Below, one piece after another: positions 40,603 through 50,134 of a stretch of 64,000 bases of DNA; positions within the stretch are counted from its first letter, which is position 1; each line of letters starts with the position of its first letter. This DNA is from Parvibaculaceae bacterium. GTDB taxonomy: Bacteria; Pseudomonadota; Alphaproteobacteria; Rhizobiales; Aestuariivirgaceae. The stretch covers positions 338,004 through 402,003 of the forward strand of contig JBFWVM010000001.1 in NCBI GenBank assembly GCA_050246735.1, given 5' to 3'. The translations under genes were made by a program, and so were the position numbers. Under the pieces are notes generated by a model that did no database searches, was not told the DNA's origin, and saw only the letters and a program-made list of their open reading frames with translations.

Positions 40603-40732
40603 ATATCCACAAGCCTATCCACAAGTTTTTAAGAGGACGCATTCCATAAGTCTATGTTTTGCAACGTATTTTTTATATGTTCTTGATTTGTTTTGACAGG
40701 TGGTATAAGTAATTGTTTACTTTTAGTTTAAC
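40603..40732 (+). promoter_or_regulatory. dnaG upstream region: tandem DnaA-like boxes, AT-rich tract, extended -10, CtrA-like site
   Basis: ATATCCACA 40603 and CTATCCACA 40615; TGGTATAAG 40701; TTAC-N7-TTAAC 40717-40732. Confidence 0.5.
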
Positions 40733-40785
40733 TGAGTCGCTTTCACGGAGGCCTTCGGCTTCGAATCGACGTTTGGAGCCAACGA

Positions 40786-42690
40786 ATGAAATTTTCACCC
40801 ACATTTCTAGACGAGATTCGCGCTCGTGTGTCTGCGTCTTCTGTTGTGGGACGCCGTGTGCAGTGGGACCGTCGTAAATCGAATCTTGGTAGAGGCGATT
40901 TCTGGGCTTGCTGTCCCTTCCACAATGAAAAGACGGCCTCCTTCCATGTCGATGACAGGAAGGGGCGCTATCATTGTTTTGGTTGCAAGGCTTCTGGTGA
41001 CATCTTCACCTTCCTTACAGAAAAGGAAGGTCTGCCTTTTCCTGAGGCGGTCGAACGTTTGGCGCAAGAAGCTGGCTTGCAGATGCCAGTTGCGTCTCCT
41101 CAAGAAGTGGAACGAGAGAAACGTCGAACGACATTGTATGATGTGATAGAGTTCGCTACCCAATTCTATGAATCAAAACTTCGCTCGCCTGAAGGTTCCT
41201 CTGCACTAAATTATCTGCGGCAGCGCGGCATTACGGATTCGACGCTGCAAAAATTTCGAATGGGCTACGCACCTCCCAGCCGTACCGGTCTTAGTTCGTT
41301 TTTAAAAAGCAGAGGTATCAGCAGTGAGCAGATGGCTGCTGCTGGTCTGTTAGTGACGGGCGATGATATACCTGAACCTTATGATCGCTTCAGAGACAGG
41401 ATCATATTTCCTATCGATGACGTGAGAGGGCGTATTATAGCGTTTGGTGGGCGTGCGATGTCCAAGGACGCGCTAGCAAAGTATCTGAATTCTCCAGAGA
41501 CTGAATTGTTCGACAAAGGAAATGTTCTCTTTAATCTTTCACGAGCTCGCCCAACAGCTTTCGAGCAAAGTAAAATTATACTCGTTGAAGGGTACATGGA
41601 TGTTGTTGCGACGTTTCAGAGTGGGATTGAAAACGTTGTGGCCGCGATGGGCACTGCGCTTACTGAGAATCATCTGAGGCAACTATGGCGAATTGCCCCA
41701 GATCCAGTGATGTGTTTTGACGGGGACAAGGCAGGCGCGCAAGCGGCTAGTCGGTCATTGGATCGTGCAATTCCGATGCTCACCAGCGGTCACTCCCTTA
41801 GATTTGCTTTTATGCCGAAGGACAAGGACCCGGCTGATCTGATGCTCGAGGATCGCAAGGAGGAGTTTCTTGCACGCTTGGATAAAGCAATGACTGCGCA
41901 GGCGTATCTTTGGTCTAGAGAAACAGACGGTGCTAAGATTGATACGCCTGAGCAAAAAGCTGGGCTTGAAGCGCACATCAACGAGGTTGTTTCAAAGATC
42001 GCAGACGAAAATGTACGCAAATACTATTCCATGAAAATGCGCATTAGTTTGGCTGATTTCTTTTGGCAGCATGACAGAACTAGAAGAGCAAAGTCACCAC
42101 GTGGAATACTGGTGTTGCCTGACGAAGGTGTGGTTGAGACAGAAAGAAAAATTCTGGGCCTGGCAGTTGAATTTCCTCATGTCGTTTTTACTGATATTGA
42201 ACGATTTCAGATGTGGGAATTTCGACTAGCTGCTCATGCGGCATTCCAACAGGAACTCGTCCGCCTCCTAGTGGAGGAGGATGTTAGAACGGTGGCATCA
42301 ATCTATGATTCCATAAGAGCTGACTTCTATCGGGTACTTGAGCAGGTTCATGGCCGGGAGAATCCCGAACGGGGGCTTCCTCGAGGACACAATCTGTATG
42401 CTCGGTTCCCATCTGCCAGATTCCATCCAAATGACGAATTTGTCCTCAGGTATTTTACCTTACTGTTTAGGCATTTGGAGCTTGAACAAATGGTCCGAGA
42501 GCGTGATGAACTTGTTGAGCGTTTTGCGAAAGAACCCTCAATTGAGGTGGAAACAAAATTACTTGAAATAATCCGAAATATCGAAGAAACCCGAGGACGG
42601 TTCACAGCTCTTGAGCGAGAGTTGGTCGAGGAGGCAATCGCAATTAGAGAGGCCTATCAATTCAGCGACGGTACGAAGATAGCTGCCTAG
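40786..42690 (+). CDS. dnaG: DNA primase, full length, atypical composition
   Basis: CCPFH...HCFGC Zn finger; EGYMDV; FDGDKAG; KDPAD. Confidence 0.96.
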   Translation: MKFSPTFLDEIRARVSASSVVGRRVQWDRRKSNLGRGDFWACCPFHNEKTASFHVDDRKGRYHCFGCKASGDIFTFLTEKEGLPFPEAVERLAQEAGLQMPVASPQEVEREKRRTTLYDVIEFATQFYESKLRSPEGSSALNYLRQRGITDSTLQKFRMGYAPPSRTGLSSFLKSRGISSEQMAAAGLLVTGDDIPEPYDRFRDRIIFPIDDVRGRIIAFGGRAMSKDALAKYLNSPETELFDKGNVLFNLSRARPTAFEQSKIILVEGYMDVVATFQSGIENVVAAMGTALTENHLRQLWRIAPDPVMCFDGDKAGAQAASRSLDRAIPMLTSGHSLRFAFMPKDKDPADLMLEDRKEEFLARLDKAMTAQAYLWSRETDGAKIDTPEQKAGLEAHINEVVSKIADENVRKYYSMKMRISLADFFWQHDRTRRAKSPRGILVLPDEGVVETERKILGLAVEFPHVVFTDIERFQMWEFRLAAHAAFQQELVRLLVEEDVRTVASIYDSIRADFYRVLEQVHGRENPERGLPRGHNLYARFPSARFHPNDEFVLRYFTLLFRHLELEQMVRERDELVERFAKEPSIEVETKLLEIIRNIEETRGRFTALERELVEEAIAIREAYQFSDGTKIAA

Positions 42691-42755
42691 GAAGATAGGC
42701 ATATCTGTGGGTTCAATACGTTTGGGACTCGGAAGTCGAGATATCTGGTTTACCC

Positions 42756-43259
42756 GAGCAGGAGCGCCGCGAGCGGCTTCTGCTCCTGGCGATTGTCAAC
42801 CACCCCGAGCTTCTGCATGATTTCCTGGACGATTATGCCGCAGCGGAGTTCACTTCCCGCGAGCTTGACTCGCTCAAGCGGCAAATCATAGATATGGCCG
42901 CCTTGGCGGAAGGTCTTGACGGATCGGCCGTCAAGGACCACTTGAGTGATCAAGGATTTGGGCCTCTTCTGGCCCGGCTCGACAGCCAGGCGGCACGTCT
43001 GAACGAATGGTTCCTGAACCCCGGTGCTGCGTCTGCGGACGCCCGGACAGCGCTTCGTCAGATGTTCGCCCTGCATAGGAAAAGCGTTACTCTGGACCGG
43101 GAGCTTCAAGCTGCCGAGGCGCAGTTCGCCGCCGATCCGACGGAGGAAAAGCTCAGCGTGCTCAATCAGATACGCGAAGAGCTTGCATCTCACGCCGGCA
43201 CGGAAGCCCATGTCGAGGGCTTCGGCGAGGCCTCGGGGCGCGACGTGACCGCGCTCTGA
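42756..43259 (+). pseudogene. Second DnaG C-terminal region (Rhizobiales-type), no catalytic core
   Basis: RRERLLLLAIVNHPELL...RQMFALHRK..LDRELQAAE...TEAHVEGFGEASGR; frame open 42699-43259; only ATG at 42894. Confidence 0.75.
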
Positions 43260-43309
43260 CGGTAGCGGATCGGAATGGGGCGCATGGACCACCGCGAGCG
43301 GGCATGCGC

Positions 43310-43328
43310 ATGGTTAGGAACAGGTTAA
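43310..43328 (-). promoter_or_regulatory. CtrA-like site upstream of rpoD
   Basis: Minus strand TTAA-CCTGTTC-CTAACCAT versus consensus TTAA-N7-TTAAC. Confidence 0.55.
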
Positions 43329-43393
43329 GGGGCCGGCGGCTAGAACCGCGAGACGGCCCCCGAATCAGTTGAGACGAGAAGGATAGGCGACGC

Positions 43394-45463
<2,070 letters not shown>

Positions 45464-45512
45464 TCGCAAAGGCCTGCTCACGCCGGCCTCTTGTTCGAGC
45501 GCTGCCTCATTC

Positions 45513-45616
45513 CATCATGGCTGCCCTTGAGGCGGTCCTCCGGTTCCTATGCCGATACAGTCATGAGCGGACAGGCTGGGTGGCCGGGTCAAGCCAGGTC
45601 AAGTCCGGCCATGACG
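45513..45616. repeat. REP-like element, expanded relative of 31711-31751
   Basis: TCATGGCTGCCCTTGAGGCGGTC and GTCAAGTCCGGCCATGACG match the two halves of the collapsed copy. Confidence 0.65.
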
Positions 45617-45639
45617 AGATGAAGTGAATGAGTGCCGAT

Positions 45640-46185
45640 CTAAAAGCCCAGTTCGACAAGCGCGGCAGTGATCTCAGCCGCGTTTGCCTCATTGGATGAG
45701 CCGCGGCGGCTCGGGTGGCATGTTGCAATGTGCTGGATGCCATGACGTGCGCAGGTCCGTTCTGCATCGCCGCCCAACGCGATCACCTTACGCCCCAGCA
45801 ACTCGTGGCGCGTGATCTCGCTGAACGAGATGTCCATCGCGGCTGCGGGGATTCTTTCGGACCTGCTTTGCGGAATCAGATGAAATGCCTGAGTTACATA
45901 GAGGTCCGTGCGCTTCAGCTTTCGGTTCCCAAGCGCAATGTCCAGGACTTGATTAAACCGAAGTCCGGGCAAATAGCCGTATTTTCGCAGTGTGCCCCGA
46001 TGCTCATTGATAGATGGCTCATCCAGCCAGTGCAGGGCAACCAGCGCTGGGCCGTCAACGGATCTCGACGTGATCTGGTAAGGCGTTATCCATGGTCCAT
46101 CAAAGCCGACATCTGCCAGCGATCTGTATGACGGCAATTCCAGTTTTCGGCGACGCTCGACAAGCTCTGAATAGCTGATGGTCAT
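45640..46185 (-). CDS. Hypothetical protein, probable divergent UDG-like fold
   Basis: YVTQAF, VIALG and CHPS at positions analogous to UDG-superfamily motifs; AT-richer than host. Confidence 0.5.
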   Translation of the reverse strand: MTISYSELVERRRKLELPSYRSLADVGFDGPWITPYQITSRSVDGPALVALHWLDEPSINEHRGTLRKYGYLPGLRFNQVLDIALGNRKLKRTDLYVTQAFHLIPQSRSERIPAAAMDISFSEITRHELLGRKVIALGGDAERTCARHGIQHIATCHPSRRGSSNEANAAEITAALVELGF

Positions 46186-46287
46186 TCACCCTCCGGCATC
46201 TCGATGAAGGTCGTGTGATAGTTGCGCCGTCGACGGTGATGGCGAGGTCGTGCCAAGGGCGCGGTCACTCAGGCGGAGCCGCATCAT
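46186..46287 (-). pseudogene. ParE-like toxin remnant (33 aa)
   Basis: ATGA overlap with antitoxin; starts MMRLRLSDRAL, then resemblance is lost. Confidence 0.45.
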
Positions 46288-46526
46288 CGCGTGTGTTTTT
46301 TCTTCTTCTCTGCGATGAATTCTTCCATGTCGAAGGAGGTGGGTTCCCCGCTCGCTTCGCCTTCTTCCAGGGCCTGGCGCAATCGCTCCATGCGCAGTTC
46401 CCGCTCTTCGAGCAGTTGAAGGCCCGCACGCACGGCCTCGCTAGCCGAGCCGAAGCGGCCTTTGCGCACCTGCCTCTTGATGAAAGCCGTGTGCTCCTTG
46501 CCGAGCACGACCGAAGTGTTCTTCAT
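46284..46526 (-). CDS. ParD-like RHH antitoxin
   Basis: NTSVVLG..FIKRQV..GRFGSASEAVRAGLQLLEE...LRQALEEGEASG. Confidence 0.88.
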   Translation of the reverse strand: MKNTSVVLGKEHTAFIKRQVRKGRFGSASEAVRAGLQLLEERELRMERLRQALEEGEASGEPTSFDMEEFIAEKKKKHTR

Positions 46527-46691
46527 GCCGGTTTCCTGTTGTATGATCTATTGGTACCATGGCGCGGATGCTCGAACAATCAAGAGATGGCGCGTATCTC
46601 TGCGTGTGTGGATTTTCCGGGCCGTGCAAGGAGATTGCAAGCCGGCCACGAGTGGTCCAATCTGGTCTCAACCAAATCAAAGAGGAATCCC

Positions 46692-46991
46692 ATGTCCTTT
46701 CTGAAATCGCTCTTCGGCCTCGGCGGCGGCAAGGAGGAGGCGGGCGGCCCTCCGGCCACGGCCAAGGAGGCCGAGCACAAGGGCTTCGTCATCCGCGCGA
46801 CGCCCTACAAGGAGGGCGGCCAGTACCAGACGGCCGGCACGATCGTGAAGGAGATCGAAGGCCAGACGAAGGAGCATAAATTCGTGCGCGCCGACCGGTT
46901 CTCGACGCTCGAGGAGGCGGCCGACCTCTCGCTCTCGAAAGGCCGGCAGATCATCGACGAGCAGGGCGAGCGGATGTTCGGCAAGGACTAG
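46692..46991 (+). CDS. Rhizobial HlyU-annotated family protein
   Basis: MSFLKSLFG...ATPYKEGGQYQTAG...HKFVRAD...GRQIIDEQG. Confidence 0.8.
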   Translation: MSFLKSLFGLGGGKEEAGGPPATAKEAEHKGFVIRATPYKEGGQYQTAGTIVKEIEGQTKEHKFVRADRFSTLEEAADLSLSKGRQIIDEQGERMFGKD

Positions 46992-47019
46992 GCGCGCGTC
47001 CGCAGCCAAGGAGGCGTTC

Positions 47020-47220
47020 ATGACTGCCCAGCATTTTTCGCGTCTCGCCGCCGCCGTCTTTGCCGTCGTCGCGCTCCTGCAGCTTTTGCGCGCCATCTCG
47101 GGCTTCGAGATCGCGGTGGGCGGCGAGATCATGCCGATCTGGCCGAGCTGGATCGCCGCCATCGTCGCCGGCTTCCTCGCCTATCTGGGCTTCACCGCCG
47201 GCGGCCGGCCGGTTCTGTGA
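47020..47220 (+). CDS. Small two-TM membrane protein (66 aa)
   Basis: SD GGAGG; two hydrophobic segments. Confidence 0.7.
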   Translation: MTAQHFSRLAAAVFAVVALLQLLRAISGFEIAVGGEIMPIWPSWIAAIVAGFLAYLGFTAGGRPVL

Positions 47221-47411
47221 CCGGCGGGCGCCGGCACGCGCAAGCAAAAGCTCGCGGGCGTCTGCTTTTCGGCCATGGTCCGGGGCTCTAGGGTGGTCCG
47301 GTTTTTTCTTCGAGGAAAAATTGTGGGAGCGGGCTGCCGGTCGGCCGGATGACCGCGCCCTGGTGGGATTCGCTCGATTTTCCCTGATAATTCCCTGTTC
47401 CCGGACTCCGG

Positions 47412-47873
47412 CTATGCGGCTTCCAGCGCCTGGCTCAAGGCCAGGCCGAGCTTAACGAGGTTCATATTGGTGAAGTCCTTGGGCACTTCGGCGACCACCG
47501 CCTTGCGCAACTCGTCATTCATGGCCTTGCGCAGGGCGCCCAGCGCCGCGGGTGCGGCGGCGACCACGAGGGCCTGGAATCTCCGGACGCGCAGATCCTC
47601 GCCGAGGTCGGCGGCGACCTCCGTCATCAGCCGGTCCTCTTCCTGCTGGTGGAGATCGGTCGGCTCCATCGATGCACGCCCCGGGCCCACCATCGCATGG
47701 GCGCGGCCGGGCTTGTCGGTGCCGAGATCGCGGGTCGGCGGCACGTCCCGGTCATACTTGCGCAGCACCGTCAGCATCGGGTCGTCGGTCGTCCCGTCAT
47801 TGCGCATGACCAGGGCGCGTCCGCCGTCGGTGGCCAGGATCCAGTCATTGTGTCTGAGACGGTCGACCGCCAT
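47412..47873 (-). CDS. Host attachment protein (AtsE/baeRF-like)
   Basis: WILATDGGRAL, TDKPGR, LVVAAAPAALG, EVPKDFT. Confidence 0.85.
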   Translation of the reverse strand: MAVDRLRHNDWILATDGGRALVMRNDGTTDDPMLTVLRKYDRDVPPTRDLGTDKPGRAHAMVGPGRASMEPTDLHQQEEDRLMTEVAADLGEDLRVRRFQALVVAAAPAALGALRKAMNDELRKAVVAEVPKDFTNMNLVKLGLALSQALEAA

Positions 47874-47933
47874 TGGTGTCCTCCTCCTTGCCTGTCCATG
47901 ATATAACCCACGGCAACAGCAATGGTTTCCGCG

Positions 47934-48353
47934 ATGCGCCAGGCCCGGCACGAGATCACGATCACGACCGGAGGGCAGGGGCTTTACGAGATCACCGCCG
48001 ATGCGGCCCGGTTCGCCGCCGCAAGCGGAATGGATCTGGGCCAGCTCACGCTCTTCGTGCAGCACACGTCCGCCTCGCTGCTTATCCAGGAAAACGCCGA
48101 TCCTTCGGCGCGCCACGATCTTCTCGAATTCTTCCGCCGCATCGCACCCCCCGACAGCGCCTGGATCACCCACAGGAGCGAAGGCGCCGACGACATGCCC
48201 GCCCATATCAGGACGGCGCTGACCCAGGTGTCGCTCGTCATCCCCGTTGCAGGCGGGCAACTCATGCTCGGAACCTGGCAAGGCATCTATCTCTTCGAGC
48301 ATCGTCGCTCGCCGCACCGGCGCAGGGTGATCCTGCATCTGATCGGCGCCTAG
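47934..48353 (+). CDS. YjbQ/UPF0047 family protein
   Basis: HTSASLLIQENADP, HRSEGADDMPAHI, LGTWQGIYLFEHR. Confidence 0.92.
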   Translation: MRQARHEITITTGGQGLYEITADAARFAAASGMDLGQLTLFVQHTSASLLIQENADPSARHDLLEFFRRIAPPDSAWITHRSEGADDMPAHIRTALTQVSLVIPVAGGQLMLGTWQGIYLFEHRRSPHRRRVILHLIGA

Positions 48354-48354
48354 C

Positions 48355-49002
48355 TCAGGCGGCGAGTCGCGCGCGCTCCGCTTCCTTCGCGACGAGGCGG
48401 AGATCGCGGACGAACTTGCGGTATTCGAGCTTGCGCGCCTCGCGATCCGGCAGGCGCAGCAGATAGGACGGATGGACCGTCACGAAGCCCTTGTGCCCCA
48501 TGAATTCGAGCGGCGTGCCGCGCAGCCTGCCGATGGTCAGCGCCTTGCCGCTCAGGGCGCGCGCCGCCGTGGCCCCCAGGGCGACGATGAGCTTCGGCCG
48601 GATCAGCGCGATCTCGGCCCTGAGCCACCAGCGGCAGGCCTCGATCTCGCCGCGGTCGGGCCGCTTGTGCAGGCGCTTCTTGCCACGCGGCTCGAATTTG
48701 AAATGCTTGACGGCGTTGGTGACGTAGACGTCCTTGCGCGCGATGCCGGCGTCTTCCAGGGCGTGGTCGAGAATCTTGCCGGCCGGGCCGACGAAGGGCC
48801 TGCCCTGGCGGTCTTCCTGGTCGCCCGGCTGCTCGCCGACGAGGACCATGGCGGCATGGGCGCCGCCTTCGCCGAAGACCGTCCGGGTGGCGTTCCTGTA
48901 CAGGGGACAGCGGCGGCATTGGGCGGCCTCGCGGCGCAGTTCGGTCAGCGTCGGAGCGCCCGAATGGTCCTGGGTCGCGGCAGGGACGGGTTTCTTCGCC
49001 AT
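48355..49002 (-). CDS. udgX: UdgX family uracil-DNA binding glycosylase
   Basis: CRRCPL, VGEQPGDQED, TNAVKHFKF..RGKKRLHK, TVHPS. Confidence 0.88.
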   Translation of the reverse strand: MAKKPVPAATQDHSGAPTLTELRREAAQCRRCPLYRNATRTVFGEGGAHAAMVLVGEQPGDQEDRQGRPFVGPAGKILDHALEDAGIARKDVYVTNAVKHFKFEPRGKKRLHKRPDRGEIEACRWWLRAEIALIRPKLIVALGATAARALSGKALTIGRLRGTPLEFMGHKGFVTVHPSYLLRLPDREARKLEYRKFVRDLRLVAKEAERARLAA

Positions 49003-49190
49003 GGACGGTCAACGCCGCTCGGGGCGAAAAGTGCCGGAAACGGCGTCGACCGCGGGAAAGAAGATGTGAGGCGGCCTCGCGGCGAGATCGCCGATGACGG
49101 GAGCGGCTTCAGGCCGGCCACGCCGGCGGTGGAAAGTCCGCCTCCGGATGTGCGATGATGGGCCTGGCTGAGCATTCGAGGAGGACAGTC

Positions 49191-49544
49191 ATGCACTATA
49201 GCGGCGGATGCCATTGCGGCCGGATCGCCTTCGCGTTCGAGACCGAGGCCCCGGTCGGGGAAGTCATCGAGTGCAATTGCTCGCTGTGCACGAAGCGCGC
49301 GCATCTGCTGGCCTTCGTGCCGCGCGACAAATTCACCTTGAAGACGCCGGAGAAGGATCTCGCCACCTACACCTTCAACACGCACCGCATCCGTCACCAT
49401 TTCTGCCCGACCTGTGGCATAGGACCGTTCGGCGAGGGCAAGGCGCCGAACGGTGCGGCCATTGCCTCGATCAACATGCGCTGCGTCGACGGCTTCGAGG
49501 CCGACCAGGTGAAGATCAAGACATTCGACGGCCGCAGCGCATGA
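49191..49544 (+). CDS. GFA/CENP-V family Zn protein
   Basis: GGCHCG, CNCSLC, FCPTCG. Confidence 0.92.
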   Translation: MHYSGGCHCGRIAFAFETEAPVGEVIECNCSLCTKRAHLLAFVPRDKFTLKTPEKDLATYTFNTHRIRHHFCPTCGIGPFGEGKAPNGAAIASINMRCVDGFEADQVKIKTFDGRSA

Positions 49545-49554
49545 AGCAGCCGGG

Positions 49555-50076
49555 ATGAACGTACCGGTTCTGGAGACCGAGCGCCTCAGGATGAGGGCGC
49601 ATGATGTCGACGACTTCGCCGCCCTTACGGAAATGTGGTCGGAGAAGGCGGTCACCCATTACATCGGCGGAAGGGCGATGCGGCCGGATGAATGCTGGAC
49701 CAGGCTGCTGCGCTATCGCGGCCTGTGGCCGCTGCTCGGCTATGGCTACTGGGCGGTCGAGGAAAAGGCCTCGGGCCGCTTCGTCGGCGATGTCGGCTTT
49801 GCCGATTTCCATCGCATGATCGAGCCTTCGATCCGCGGTGTGCCGGAGGTGGGCTGGGTTCTCGGGCCCGACTTCCACGGCCGCGGCTATGCCTCGGAAG
49901 CGGTCGCCGCGGCGCTCAAATGGCTCGACGGCCAGAAGAGAGGGCGCAGCGTCTGCATCATCGACCCCGCCAACACGCCCTCGCTCAGGCTCGCCGCGAG
50001 GAACGGCTATCGCGAATATGCCCGCACGGTCTTCATGGAGGACAAGGTGATCCTGCTCGAGCGGGTGAGCGGCTGA
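49555..50076 (+). CDS. GNAT acetyltransferase (RimJ/RimL-like)
   Basis: LETERLRMR, EVGWVL..HGRGYASEA, NTPSLRLA. Confidence 0.92.
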   Translation: MNVPVLETERLRMRAHDVDDFAALTEMWSEKAVTHYIGGRAMRPDECWTRLLRYRGLWPLLGYGYWAVEEKASGRFVGDVGFADFHRMIEPSIRGVPEVGWVLGPDFHGRGYASEAVAAALKWLDGQKRGRSVCIIDPANTPSLRLAARNGYREYARTVFMEDKVILLERVSG

Positions 50077-50134
50077 GAAGCAGCAGGTGCAGCACCCTTC
50101 CGGAAAGCGCCGCTTTTTGCTTAAGCTTCATTTT

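Larger units (their letters stand above)
40410..42755. other. AT-rich horizontally acquired segment carrying dnaG
   Basis: Spot count 26/60 GC at 41161-41220 versus 39/60 in rpoD at 44701-44760; many A/T-ending codons; boundaries approximate. Confidence 0.85.

Noticed and set aside
47383-47401. TTCCCTG short direct repeat and nearby GGTCCGG repeats
   Set aside because: Too short to assign; no supporting structure.
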